Origin: Antedon mediterranea
Taxonomy: Eukaryota; Animalia; Echinodermata
DNA: 64,000 nucleotides
Direction of reading: 5' to 3'
Assembly: GCF_964355755.1 (NCBI RefSeq)
Contig: NC_092680.1
Coordinates: 310,001-374,000 of the forward strand
A program made the position numbers and the translations under genes. Positions 1-15,100 of this stretch are shown piece after piece. The notes beneath the pieces were generated by a model. That model had not been told where the DNA came from, made no database searches, and saw only the letters and a list, made by a program, of their open reading frames with translations. The first letter of the stretch is position 1. The number at the start of each line of letters is the position of its first letter.

Positions 1-496
1 AAAACGCTAGCTCATTATCCGTTTAAAAAAAAATTATATCCAACCTCTGCAGCACAGATTGAAAAAAAAAATGGATCGAATTTCTGTTATGAGTATACAG
101 TAGTTGCCTTTACGACGCCTGAGGGAATAGACGCTTGTGGAACAGAGATTGGAATGTTCCATTCATCGCAAATCAATACATTTGTATAACGTATTTTAAA
201 TCTATCAAAATAGTATTTTTTAAAGAAAATCGGCCTGTCTTCAACATTATGATGCTGTACTCGAGCTGTTCAACCGGTTTTCAGCCATTAAAAACAATTA
301 TCGTAGGAGGAGATAGGAAAATGCGAAGCATCCTCGCATTATTGTCTGCGGGTATTTATCAAGACGGACATCCATTAGACAGTGTATACCACGATCGAAA
401 AACACCCCTATTTGGGGCAAATCGTTGAACCTAAATTCGTTTTAATCGTCAATAACTAATTATCTAACTCAATTTAATTAGTAAACAGGGTTACAT

Positions 497-600
497 CAGG
501 TGGTTAAAATCAGTACCGAAAGTACGAACCAACTTTATATACCATCGAGTAAACATTCTAGAAATAACGCGCGATTTACCGAATTTTGCCCTTACGTAAA
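497..600. repeat. Dispersed repeat, second copy at about 7096-7195
   Basis: aggtgg(t/c)taaaatcagtac..aagta...ccgaattttgccctta is shared by both sites. Confidence 0.6.
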
Positions 601-990
601 TTTATATATAGATGATAACAACTGACCAAAATAAAAATATTTGGAATGACAGAGAGTCTGCTGTAAACAAAGTGCTTTGAGCATAGCTGCATATACAGTA
701 ATATTACCCTTAGGAACATCCATATAAGTATTCCCTCTATGGACAGATTAGTGACTTATAGCAAAAGTTACAGTTGTAAATTATAGTATATAGTTAGTCA
801 TTCTCAATTGATGTACATGTACCGTATTATGAAATGATGTTATCCACTGTATATCTTACAAAACAGTTTGTGCATGTTTTTATTTTCATAAATATTTATT
901 TTTTTATTTATTTATTTATTCCTTTTAATGAAACATAAAAAGGGAGCACTGATGAGAGACAAGTGCTGTCAAACTATTGCCAAAGCACAT

Positions 991-1066
991 GTCTCTCCAA
1001 CCCAAAGGGCGTGTCTCTCCAACCCAAAGGGCGTGTCTATCCAACCCAAAGGGCGTGTCTCTCCAA
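991..1066. repeat. 22-bp minisatellite, about 3.5 copies
   Basis: Unit gtctctccaacccaaagggcgt. Confidence 0.9.
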
Positions 1067-4000
1067 CTATATTATTGGTTTCCGTCCAAAAAATATAAAT
1101 ATGCACGCTTTATTCTGAAATTTACTAACTGTTTAAAGGAATATGTTATAATTAGATTATATATATCTCAATATAATTCTAATGCATTCCTAAAATCAAC
1201 TCACCTGAGGACGTTACCATGACAGAGAATAGAAGATAGATAATCAATAGAATTATAAAAAAACTGATCAATTAACACAATAGGAACAATGGTTGATAGA
1301 GATACAATGACAGAATATGTAGAAGTCTGATGATCCTCTGTAAGACAACTTTATAGAACTGCCATTTTCTTATTCTTTTTGTATTTTATATGACTTTTAT
1401 CTTACTGAAATAAATTTTAAGACAAAATAATTATTTATTGATTTCAGAATGAAAAAAAAACAAGTTGTCATGATGTTTTTGTTGTCGTCATGATGTTGTT
1501 TCCAATTTTATTACTGTGTTTATGAATATTGGACAATACAAGATTTTTAATTTGTAATTTTTGAATTTAGGCTATGTGGGAGAGGATTCAAATTAATTTA
1601 TTCTATATAGCAATGCTAGATTGAAGTACATATAATAATAGTTGCTATTTGTATGATGGTAAGTTGCTGTTGGAAAGGCAATAGACCGATTGCAGCCATG
1701 CAATACATTTTTATGATAAATAATTAGTAAATAAGGATGGTCATTTCACTTTAATCTATTTTGTATCAAAAGCTCTCCCATAAATCAACATTTCTTTTTG
1801 TGCCAGAAACATAATTAGAACCAAAGAGTTAGTTTATACTCTTTATTCGCGAAGTGACAGGTTTTTTATTAATTGCATCAATGAAATGTCACTATATGAA
1901 TACACAGTTGAGTGTTGTTTAAAGTAGCGACATGTTGACACACTCAATTAATAATGATATAGGCATACAGTACTCTTAATTATTCACAAATGTCAAAAAA
2001 AGATACTTCAACTGAATTAAACCAAATCAATTTGATATTGGTGACACATCATTCAGTAGTCAATGTAATATGGTTTATAGTAGACAAATAGAAATACACT
2101 GTTTGATGACAGATCAGTGAAGTGGAGGCCTGAAGCCATATCAACTGAGGACATTATGTTGACTGTATTGTATGCTATGAAGTGCATACAGAAAACAATT
2201 ACTGGAAACAAGTTTAAACAGCAAGATGTGTTCCATGCAATTGCATTGAGTTGACTGTCCTCTACTGCAATAGGATCTTGATAGAGTGTATATTAAGGGT
2301 AAGGAAAATTTAAGCGTTGACAAAATCAAGAAGGTGTTGTAGGAGGTGATTGCCTTCCAATTCTAGTACATAAACTAATAAAGAAGCTTGCCATCAAAGA
2401 TCTACTGTACAATTCATTACACTATTGAAGAGAATGCCCTATTTCACTAACATTAGGACATTATACCAATGTTCAGTTGTTTTTTATTACTAGTAGTATT
2501 ACCTAATAGTGTCATATTTAACCTTGTTAAAAATTGTGAACATTTGAACTATATTTTAACCGATTAATTACAATCAATTCACCTGAACCATAAACCCTAA
2601 AACAAGATTCAAAGGATATTGCATCTATAGTTTTGTGCATTAAGTGCATGAAATATGTGTAGCAGTGCTTAACTGTACTGTATTGATAACATGTCACTAG
2701 TTTTCATACAAACACTATGAGTCACATACGCCATCCTGAAATTAGCACTTTGCCTACACATTGATTGATAATCTACAGAGCTTATTGACATTTGGAATTA
2801 AACTAATTTCTCTCTGTTCAAACATTTTTTTCATTCTAATATTGGACTTAGCATATCGAGCCTATCTGTACTATATTAACTGTATCCTTTCAAGATGCTA
2901 TACTCTCATTGCCTTGTTCTTCGGATTGGATGTAAAGCCTTTGGTTCTGTGTACGTAGTGCATTTTTAAGAACTTGGTACACTATTCATGGTCCCTAAGA
3001 GTAGGGACCATGGAGGGTCTAATCCGAATTCCCTCAGTTTGAGGACAAATATAAATACCAAATTTCTCCATGAATTTACCGATACCAATTCTTCTCTCAA
3101 CAGTAAAATCAAATCAGTGTAACTAACCACCCATATACACGTTTCATCCTCACATCAGCAGAAACTTAGCAAAGAGAAAGAGATTCAAAATAGTTGTGAC
3201 TTCGCGAGTGGTGTGATGGAAAGTATGATTGTAAGGCTTCAGGCTAGTGCATTCTATTTTGTTGGTTTACCGCTTACCATTACCGCTCATCTATGTAAAT
3301 TGGCCTTAAATCTCATAAGAGATATGAGTTTGAAAGCATGTCATCATGTGATTGTCGAGTCATGTGCTTTTTGTTGGATGTGTGTTAAAATAAATAATGC
3401 AACAAAATGTAATAATCAACTGTAGCACAATTAGTTCTCTGCCATTACTTCAACAGTCACAAACAGGAAACAGTTGTCAAAGCCTGAATGCACACAATAA
3501 TGTTAGAACACTATCATACTCAGTTTTGACCAGTCAGGTTTATTCCGGATTTTATTCCCATTCATCATGATGGCATGTTGTGAAATCATGAATAAAAACT
3601 TTGAGTGGTGGAAAGAATAATAGCAACAAAAAAAAGATTTTTACAAGTTTCAATCAAATAAGGATTATCCACAAGTCAACTCAAATACATTTGTTGATAT
3701 TAAATCCTAGAAACTTGTGGGGGTGTGTGGGGGAGATTAATTAATTGCTATCATTATTATTAGTAGTGACAACTTACTTAACCTTTTATAAATCCTACAA
3801 ACAAAAAATATAGCTTATTGAAAATGAAAATTAAGAAAAAATGTTAAAAAATTAATGAAGTGAGAACACTAAAGATACAGTAAATCCACAAAAAGAAAGA
3901 ATAAAAAATCAAGAAAAAAAGAGTTTCCAGAAGAAAATAAATTTAAAGAAAAAACTGAATCTAAATTGAAAATATTGAAATACAAGCAATAATTAAACAA

Positions 4001-4264
4001 TATGAGTATGCCAATAAGAAGAAGATCTGTAGCTCAGTTGGGTGTCAATTTGTGCATCAAACAGTGGCTGGTGAATCTGTAGATGGTTTAAAATCTTCCT
4101 AGAATATAAACAACGAGCAGAATACATTTTTCATGTGTTGATAACAACAAAGTACACTGTACCTGCACAAGGAGCTAATTGCCTTTTAGTCTATGAAAAA
4201 TTCATACATTTTCAATTGATAGGTTTGGATTCGTTATGTATCAAGATTACCTACTCAAAATAAA

Positions 4265-4415
4265 AGAGTCTCCCTCCCTTGAGGTATATATAATTGGGCT
4301 ACAAGAGTCTCCCTCCCTTGAGGTATATATAATTGGGCTACAAGAGTCTCCCTCCCTGGTACATATAATTGGGCTACAAGAGTCTCCCTCCCTTGAGGTA
4401 CATATAATTGGGCTA
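4265..4415. repeat. 39-bp minisatellite, about 4 copies
   Basis: Unit aagagtctccctcccttgaggtatatataattgggctac; explains ORF 4236..4442. Confidence 0.9.
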
Positions 4416-6750
4416 CTTTCATTAAATTCTAAATATTTATAAAATTAGAGTTATTAACACATACTGTAAATGCTTTATATAACTGATGCCCTTACCTACA
4501 CAAATATTATTTTGTTATATTTTGCGTTCAATGACATTCACAAGATGAGAGATAACACATGGTTTATAAAGTCTCTACAACATTCCTAATGATTTTTACT
4601 GAATTAAAAACTGATTTAATTATCAATCTAAGTTACTTTTAAAGTCTGAATATGTTTTAGAATTTTTAGTAAAAGGATTTAATAATTATATGTAGTTCTA
4701 GAATGTTAGTAAGTGCAATTCTTCTATGTTAATATCCTTTTATGTACAGTGTGTTAGTGTCACTTTTTTGGATTTATTTCTGTCTAGCTGTTATGGTAAT
4801 AGTTTGTAACATCCAATTTTATACATGATAGTTTTTTTAATATACTAATTGCATTAAAGAATATTTGAAAGATGTTGTTTTTTGGTTTTTATCTTTAATT
4901 TCAACTCTTGTACTGTAGGGCCTATACTAAACTAAATATTGTATTGTTATGTGGTCGAACCTTTTCTACAAAAATCTATTCCAAAAGAGAGAAGCAATCA
5001 GTTTTGGTTCGGAAAGTTGGCATGACTGGTGCTACAGTGTTGGGTGGTAACGATATACTACACACTTTCAGAGGGCCTATATATGTCAGAGTCTGGGAAA
5101 GACTGTGGGGCCTGTATATAATACTGAGCCAGGATAAATAGAGATTTATTTTATAATATCTCTTTTTATTTTCACAGAAACAGTAAATCATAACAATATC
5201 ATTAACTACAACTAGACATTTATTTATTTAAGTTATGATTTTTTATTTTACATCGTCATACATAAACTTCCTAAAGATCGTCAAAAGTGTGCTTAATTTG
5301 TTTCCAATTGATGTACTTACGGCGGCTTCCGATGAAAAAGTATGTCAATATCAAGTTTGCCCGCACTCTCCAGGACAGAATAGCTTTGTGACGCAAATGT
5401 AAATTTTCCAACTAAGCTGGAAGCTGAAACAAACAAATGAAATATAAATAGAAAAATATAACTAATAATATTATGTGCATAATAATGATGATGAAGATGA
5501 TATTTCTATTTATAGACTTGTATTACCGTTTTAACATTTTACGCTCTGTATTTTCCTGCTATGTTTTTTTTTAATGAATATAATAATAATGAAATAACTT
5601 TTTTTAGGTTTACAGCTCAGCTACTGTACAGTATGTATATATTTATATATTTTTATATTTATACATTAATTGTATGTTGTTGTTATGTTGTTAACGTTTT
5701 CCGTCTTCCGACATTACGCTTTCCACAATTTGTTTCCATTTTTTTCTGTTTATGGCAGGATGGTTTGATTAATTGTATAATGTAATAATAATTAAACTAG
5801 CCACATTGTTCAGATCCAATATTTTAATTTATTAGTGTGTAAATTATATATGTTTTTTAATAATATGAATATTTATAAGAAATAATATTTGACTATTACA
5901 CATGCTTTTATTAGTATAATGGAATATAAGGCTTTTAGATCTCTAATTAGTGTGAAATCTATATATAAATTCAACAACATACTGTGAAGATATATTCTCT
6001 GTAGAGTATCGTATCTAAGTAATTTAGTATATTGAGTTGAATTGAAAAAAGGCTTGTATTCAGCAAATACTAATTTAACCTTGTACACCAAAGCAACTAC
6101 AACCCGATGCAAATTACACTGTAAAATAGATCATGTAATCACTAATTTATCTATTAATGTACCACAAAGAAGGTATGTAAGTCTCATTGTGGACTTATGT
6201 ATTTCATTCACACAAGTTGATTGTATAAAGCAGAGATCAATTTACTATATACTGTATATGAGATATATACCATAAATGCTCCAGGGTTTTGTTTTAGGAG
6301 TTTATTTGAGTTTAATCTTTTGGGTATATTATGGTAACACATGAAATCAAATAAATTCAAATCTTATAAACATGCTTGGTCAATTCTTGGTAGATCATAA
6401 GTCAAGGAATTCTACTACAAATAGAAATTTCTTACAATACATTGCATGTAGTATATTTATTCAAGGAAAATATTAATTTATTTGGGTGGGGCATTCATTT
6501 ACAATCAATGTTCAATGGGGGCGCTTATTCGAGAAGGAGTTTATTCAAAGTGTGGCGTTTATTACAATATGGTAAATATGTATATCAAACACAACAGGGT
6601 TTTTATTATACTTACTTAGACTTTCTAATCTTTACAGATTTTATTTTTGTTTTGTCTTTAATATTAACTAACACTAACCTTCGTAGTCCTTGATTGACAC
6701 CGAAGTGTTTAAGGTGACTAAATATTTTGAAACCAAACTAAATGCCATAC

Positions 6751-9700
6751 CTGGAGGGAATTCAGTCTGGCAGCGACTCTGTATATTCTGAACCTTTTCC
6801 ACCAATGCCAGCATTCGAGGGGGACCGGTTGGACGGACGAGAGAACGCTTACCACCAAGTAAGGAACGTACTGCTGCATGTCGGAATCTATGCAATAGTA
6901 ATAGTCAATTAACAAAAAATCTACAATAAATATAAAATTCAGATGGTTTTTAAATAGCTTCGGCATAAATCTGGCAATTTTAGAATTACATGCTACATGT
7001 GCACCTGGCTGTGTACAACAGACTATAACTGTCATCTATAGGGCTTAGCTCTTATTCTTCTATGCCTGAGATACTATTTAGGCTAGATACAAATTAGGTG
7101 GCTAAAATCAGTACTGAAAGTATGCAAACTTTCAATACCATTGAGTAATTTTTCTAGATTTTTTATTTGATTTTCCGAATTTTGCCCTTATGTCTATTTT
7201 TACATACATATATAAAAAAACATATCATAAATTTAGGTATTTTCATACTTTTTGAACAATTGCTTGTTAATAATCTTAAGACATCAAAGAGCATACACTC
7301 CATTCTAAGTTTGAATTGACTTACTTCGCTCTAGCAAATGTTGTGCGGCCATCATCTGCTTTCAGTAAACGGCAGTCTTCGTCGCCCAATTCAACATCTC
7401 TCGTCATTCTTAAAGAGAACAATTTGATTATATATACTTAAAAATTTGATGTTGGCTTCATAAGCAAGGTTACAATGTAACTTAATTTGCATAATAAGTT
7501 TATGTAAATTAATATGCCGGTAACTTTATTTGCATAACAGGTTTATGCAAATTATAATGAACACATGAACAGTGATTATCAAATCCCAACCTTATAATTA
7601 TGTCAAAATTAAATTAATTATCAATGTACATGGCTACTATCCTTAAGCCATTACTCTATGCTATAATTAAAGGAAATCAAATTGATTACAGCAAAGTATG
7701 TGTCAAGGAATAACATTATAATTTAACTGTTGGGTTGAACGTTCTGAGACAACAAATATTTTTTTGTTGAATATGCCATTTTAAATGTCACATAATAGTT
7801 ATTCACTTCAACCAAAAATTGGATCGAGAAAAATCTATGGAAGTGATTACTTTATTAAAACTGCGAAATGGCCAATTCAAAGTTCTTAATTTTTCATGTT
7901 TTTTTTTTGTGATAATGCATTTACTTTATTTCAGAGTTGGCCTCACAAACGTGTAGAATTGCGATTGCCTAAAGGAAGGTATTACAACAACAGATCTATC
8001 ATGTAATTGTTTTCTAATAGCCAGATTACTTACAACTCATTGTTCTTATCTTCAGTAGTTGCTTTCACATTTAATTGACTGAAATTAAAATGAGAAAAAC
8101 GGCAACATTATTTTACAGTATCAATATACTGTAAACTAGAAGAATACATTATCATGTTTGAGACCGCAGACAAAATTTAAAGACAAACAATTTGACGTTT
8201 ACTGTATTTAGTAAAATAAACACTTTGAATAAATTACCTCTCAAATAAACTATAGAGCATCATTTTTAATAAATGCATTTAAGCGCCATGCCACTGTATC
8301 ATCTGCACTTTACCGAGCATTTTGGTACAATTTGTACTGTATCTTCTTGATATTTTGAATAACTGTATTTAAGCGCCATGCCACAATATGATCTACAGGT
8401 CACCGAGCATTTTGGTACTATTTGTACTGTATCTTTTTGATATTTTGAATAACTGTATTTAAGCGCCATGCCACGATATGATCTACAGGTTTACCGAGCA
8501 TTTTGGTACAATTTGTACCTGTATCTTCTTGATATTTATTGTGTTTTTCTTAACTAGCAGGTATTTATTTTATTGTATATGTTACCATACACCCCAAAAA
8601 CTCCCTTGAATAAATGCCTTCCTCGAATAAACCCCTCACCTAACAACTCTGCCGAACAATAAAATAAATTATTATTATTTGTATTTTTCTGAATCTGTAA
8701 CATTTTTTCAATTCAATACCAATTACAAAAAGTGCTCCTTTAAACTTGGTCACTTTGATAGCGACGACGACGACGATGATGATGTTTGATTTAAAAATAT
8801 ATCAAACATAAATATTATGAATTTACACATGTATAGAAATATTTTTAGTCATTACATTTGATTGTAAAAATGTCAGATAACTATAAACTACATTTATGTT
8901 GTATTAGGGATGCTAAATAAGCTACAATACAGAAATAACATTTGAGTATACACTCTGAGTGGCATTGAGAGTAAATTGAAAAATATTTAAATCCAATGAA
9001 GGATATGTTTTAAGCTCGGTCCACAACACGAATGTGATGAGTGGACACGATGACATCATATCACTCCCATATATGGACACGATGACATCATATCATTCCC
9101 ATATATGGACATGATGATGAACATATCAATCCCATATATGGACATGATGACATCATAACATTTCCATATATGGACACGATGATATCATATCATTCCCATA
9201 TATGGACATGATGACATCATATCACTCCTCATAGTTTGTCAAATCACACTTGTTTCAAAATTCAATTTGATCAATGATAAGTCCACCAATAAGTTGCTGT
9301 AGGCAGTGGGCTAACTTTATGTTTGATTAATCAAAACAGAAATGATCAGGACTTTTGTGATCTGAAGAGACAATAAAGTTGATCCAATGAGCCCACATTT
9401 CCCTCAAATTCAAAGTTTTTAATTTTAAGAAAATAGCAACAAACATGGGCTTACAACTGAAGTATTGACGAAAAATGTTAAACATAATATTTATGATAAA
9501 CAATCATTAAAACAAAGTCACCTTTACAAATATTCTACTAATGACTTGCATCATTAAACCTAAATACTATCAAATTAAAAATTGTGATTACACTCTGAGT
9601 CCACTAAGCTGTGTCAGTCAATTAAAATTACCATAAAAGCAAAATTGATTAAGGATGACTACAAAGTTACAAGACAATTACTTAATGTAAGCCAACAGTA

Positions 9701-12111
9701 TCAGGCTGAAAAATTATAGTGTTTTCTCCATGGTAATACTAATCTTAGCCAGAGGTGTTTATGGCTATATTTAGACCAATACTTGTACAATAGAATGTAT
9801 AGTGCAAATGTCCTAACCAGAAGACAGACCTAAAGATATGGAGTCTCCAGGGACTTATGTACCATGTAGGCTGTTCAACAGTTTTGTAATTATCAATATC
9901 CAATTGATCACGACATAATCATCCCAATAACAAATGGCGATAAAATCAGATAAGAATAATAATTTTAATATATCTAAATTCTATAAAATTATAGATTCTA
10001 TAGAAATTCTATAAAATTATAGATTCTAAAGAAAATAAGAAACATTTTATAGACACTAAATAAATTCTATAGAAATTAAAATATATTTCAATAGAAGTGT
10101 TCTATACAATATCATAGAGCTCTATTAAATGTTCTATACAATTCTATAGAAATGTTTGTAAGGGTGTGCTCAATGTAAATGAATAACATGGCTCAATTTG
10201 TCCAGTGAAATTAGTGATAAGCAGAAAAATTATAAACATTTACAAGTTATTCTACTTTGAAAATGAGCTTTTTGTTTTATTTCATGTGTATATTTACATA
10301 TGTGCTTGTTTCACAATTGTTATACAATCTTCATGAGAAATAATTTTTGGTATGAGTTTTGGTATGAGTTTTGGTATGAGTTTTGGTATGAGTTTTGGTA
10401 TGAGTTTTTCCTGTCTGTAAACTAAAATAATTATAGTACTAAATATTATCTAATTAATTATTTGTAATGTCTTAGTTTGTAGAACACAATACAATAGTTA
10501 CTATAATTAGACACATTACACAATACAATAGTTACTATAATTAGACACATTACACAATACAATAGTTACTATAATTAGACACATTACACAATACAATAGT
10601 TACTATAATTAGACACATTACACAATACAATAGTTACTATAATTAGACACATGTAGTAATCAGAAGACAAGTACCTTTGTGCTTTCTCTGCTTCCAAATG
10701 TGACAGAGAAGGCGATATGCCATGAATCACACTCTTCTTAGGTCCACCATTTATAACACGTACATTCTATATTATAAAGAAAGAAAGATTAAAAGAACAT
10801 AAAGAAAACAAATTGGCTCTTGCATCTCCCAATAACTAAATAGGCATATCATAGAGATAGTGAATTATAATACTGTATCAGGCCTATCAAAGCTATTGGT
10901 GTAGTGAAGCCAGAGAGGCTACATCTTTAGTCATCTTTTGGTCCAATAATGTACTCTCACTTTTACAGAGCTTATTTTTAAAGGAGCTTTTTACCATTTT
11001 TCCTCCTGGACAATGTTGAGGTTTGAAATACTCAATTTAATTTAGTCCATAAACGTACTCTCACTTTTACAGGGCTTATTTTTAAAAGGGCGTGTTTTCC
11101 ATGTTTCCTCTTGGAGGTTTGAAATACTTAATTTGGTTATCACTTGAGTCCTAGTACTAGTAGTGTCTACTGCTTTGTAATTGTAAACAACAGAAGAAAT
11201 TTGCATGGAAAAAAATAAATTTGTAATTAAATGTCTATGTATTGTACTAGTATGAAGACAATACTATTACTATAGTATGTTGAATCTTCACATTAGACAT
11301 TTTGTAATATAGTGTTGTGTTGTTGAGGTACTGACTTGTAATGAAGACTCTTACTCGCTTAACTGTCGTAACACATATATTGTTTATTCAGTATAATATT
11401 TGATACGTGCGATAATAATGATACAGCTAACTAACTAAGGATAAGGAACGGAGGATCAGTGATGCTGTCGGTGAGATGTGAAGTGTGTAGGTCTGCTTCT
11501 GTAGAAGTGGCTGTAAGGTGTGTGCTCCGTGAGGTGGCTGTAAGGTGTAGATGTTCTTCTGAAGAAGTGGCTGTGAGGTGTGTCTGGGCTCTTCTGAAAC
11601 TTGGGGGTATATTGGCTTCGGTTCATTTGCATATGTTACTACGTCATCTGTGAGGGTAACGATTACTACTACTATTACTACTACTACTACTACTACTATT
11701 ACTACTACTATTACTACCACTACTACTACCACTACCACTACTACTACTACTACTACTACTATTACTACTACCACTACTATTACTACTACTATTACTACTA
11801 CTATTACTACTACTACTACTACTACTACTACCACTACCACTACTACTACCACTACTACCACTACTATTACTACTACTACTACTACTACTACCACTACTAC
11901 TACTACTACTACTACCACCACTACTACTACTACCACTACCACTACTATTACTACTACTACTACTACTACTATTACTACTACTACTACTACTACTACTACC
12001 ACTACCACTACTACTACCACTACTACCACTACTATTACTACTACTACTACTACTACTACTACCACTACTACTACTACTACTACTACCACCACTACTACTA
12101 CTACCACTACC

Positions 12112-12160
<49 letters not shown>

Positions 12161-15100
12161 TTACTATTACTACTACTGTAGTGGTTACTACTACTACTAT
12201 TACTACTATTACTACTATTACTACTACTATTACTACTATTACTACTACTATTACTACTATTACTACTATTACTACTATTACTACTACTACTATTACTACT
12301 ACTATTACTACTACTATTACTACTATTACTACTACCACTACTATTACTACTACTATTACTACTACTACCACTACCACTACTATTACTACTACTACTACTA
12401 CTACTATTACTATTACTACTACTGTAGTGGTTACTACTACTACTATTACTACTATTACTACTATTACTACTATTACTACTACTATTACTACTACTATTAC
12501 TACTATTACTACTATTACTACTATTACTACTACTATAACTACTATTACTACTATTACTACTACTATAACTACTATTACTACTATTACTACTATTACTACT
12601 ATTACTAATACTACTACTACTACTACTACTCAGGGGCGCAGCCAGCAAAGAATTAAAGGGGGGGTCAACCAATATGTGAGTATTTTGCGAGCGAAGCGAG
12701 CAACCATGGGCTGGGGGCCAGGGGGCCGCCAAGGGCCCCCGGTTGGGGTCCAGGGGGGCGAAGCCCCCTGGAAGCTTTGGCGGTCTAGGGCAATCTAGAT
12801 CATTTGAATCGGTTTACGCACACACAAATATGACAATGTTAACACTAATAAACTGAAACAAAGAAAACAAAAAACAACTCTCATTTTCATTACAGAACAT
12901 TTTTATATTCCAGGCTGCCACAGACAAACACTTTTTTTCTTGCTTGTTTGTTGATTTGTTTAGAGAGGCTGTAAACTCAGAGGAGGAATTATTTGAATTC
13001 CTCCCTTTTCACCAATACAAAAGTTGCATGAAATGAACGTAGAGATGCAAAAGTTTGAAAAAAGAAATTAGAATGATAGCATGGAGGGAGTGATATTATT
13101 AAATGAGAACCGTAAGGTTAGAGTTCATACACTGTGCAAGTCCAAGAAGCTATCTTGGCTCCGTGTGTATGTGAGACGCTTATCATACCCAGTACATACA
13201 ATATTTTGTTTAAAAATATACCTATTTTGTTCGAATGTATAGTATAGGTGATAGCTTATACATAATTGTAATAACTAACTTCTAAATTATTATCATACAT
13301 TTTACGTTAGTTACTATAACGGCGCTCTTGACATCGCGTGATGCATCTTTAAACATAAGTTTGGAACATTCTTCTTGGCTTGGAGACAGAATTCGCGAAT
13401 GACATTCTCTGTATTAATGTTCATGTTAAAGTGTATTTTCATGAGGCACAGTCCCGAAAGCTGCTCATAAGACATGTGATTTCCCAAACAGGTTTTCGTT
13501 CTCCATAAAGTCGAAAAACTCCACTCAGCTTCAGCAGACGTTACGGGCATAGGCCTACGCGATTAGAAGAAGTGCACGCACATTCGGGAACACATTTGGA
13601 TCCGCTAATTTTACACAGTCGCTTCCATCACTGAAGCTCGGAATGAAGATGTTCGTGTCTTGGCAGATCATCGTACCAAATTCAAGTTCCTTGAAAACTT
13701 CTTCAACATTACACTTCACTATAGACTCGGGTGCTACGCCAAATATTTTAAAGCATGGCCTGTCATCGGCAGAAAAACGGGTTTTTAACTCGGTTTGTAA
13801 TCAAGAAGTTGATTTGGTAATACTGCTCGGTAGTAATCTTCCACAGTATCTCCAGAATGATTTGATCTGTATTGTTGTCTCATGTTTTTATTTATTTTTT
13901 CTAAAAAAAAGGGGGGTCAGGACCCCCGTGACCCCCCCACTGGCTGCGCCCCTGCTACTGTAGTGGTTACTACTACTACTATTACTACTATTACTACTAT
14001 TACTACTATTACTACTACTATTACTACTATTACTACTATTACTACTATTACTACTACTGTAGTGGTTACTTTGAAATTGATTGTAGAATTGTTACTGAAT
14101 ATTAAAACATTCTGGTTACTAACCGTAATTTGATCATTTTTCAACATTCATTAAAATAAATGTGATGTATAATTTTTTTATTTTATATACAAATAATTGT
14201 AAAACTTTTAAATATTGTATGTATTTTTATTTATTTTTAAAAAATTGTATTTATCTGCACTGTTCTAAAAGTAGAATTCCATCTCTCTATCACTCATGTT
14301 AAATAGGCCAAATTATTTGTGAATCTTCAAAATGCACTAATATGGGTGAATGGATTTTATATTAACATACGCATTACGGATGAAAATGTAACAGTCATCC
14401 AACCCAAAAAAAAATATGAGGATATGTCCTATATCAGAAAGGAATTAATTTTTGGAAAAGAGACAGAATAAATTTCTTCAATTCCAAAACCTCATCATAA
14501 TGATTAAAATTATCAAGAATTTACTGTATATAGGTGGTCGTGTAAACACGGTTTATTAAACCAATTTGATAAATAAATGAGTTTACAATGTACCGTGCAT
14601 GTGGTCTATAGAAAGCAAATAACCCCATCGAAAAAAAATTGAAACTTAACAAAAAGGTTAGCAAAACAAAAGACTATAGCCTATATATGCATAGTCCTTA
14701 ACTTAACAAAAAGGTTAGCCACAAAACACTATAGCCTATATATGCATAGTCTTTAACTTAACAAAAAGGTTAGCCACAAAACACTATAGCCTATATATGC
14801 ATAGTCCTTAACTTAACAAAAAGGTTAGCCACAAAACACTATAGCCTATAATATGCATAGTCCTTAACTTAACAAAAAGGTTAGCCACAAAACACTATAG
14901 CCTATAATATGCATAGTCCTTAACTTAACAAAAAGGTTTAGCCACAAAACACTATAGCCTATAATATGCATAGTCCTTAACTTAACAAAAAGGTTAGCCA
15001 CAAAAGACTATAGCCTATATATGCATAGTCCTTAACTTAACAAAAAGGTTAGCCACAAAACACTATAGCCTATATATGCATAGTCCTTCGTGAGGACTGT

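Noticed and set aside
135-428. 97-aa ORF in a CpG-richer patch
   Set aside because: No recognisable domain or splice-consistent link to NCX; probably transposon debris
11427-12798. Poly-Thr mucin-like, poly-Val, poly-Tyr and poly-Ser ORFs
   Set aside because: By-products of an ACT triplet array; the Thr frame has no signal peptide and runs into a transposon TIR
14643-15088. Regular repeats resembling a CRISPR array (also 19472, 25495, 57924)
   Set aside because: Head-to-tail units with no unique spacers, no cas genes, eukaryotic context
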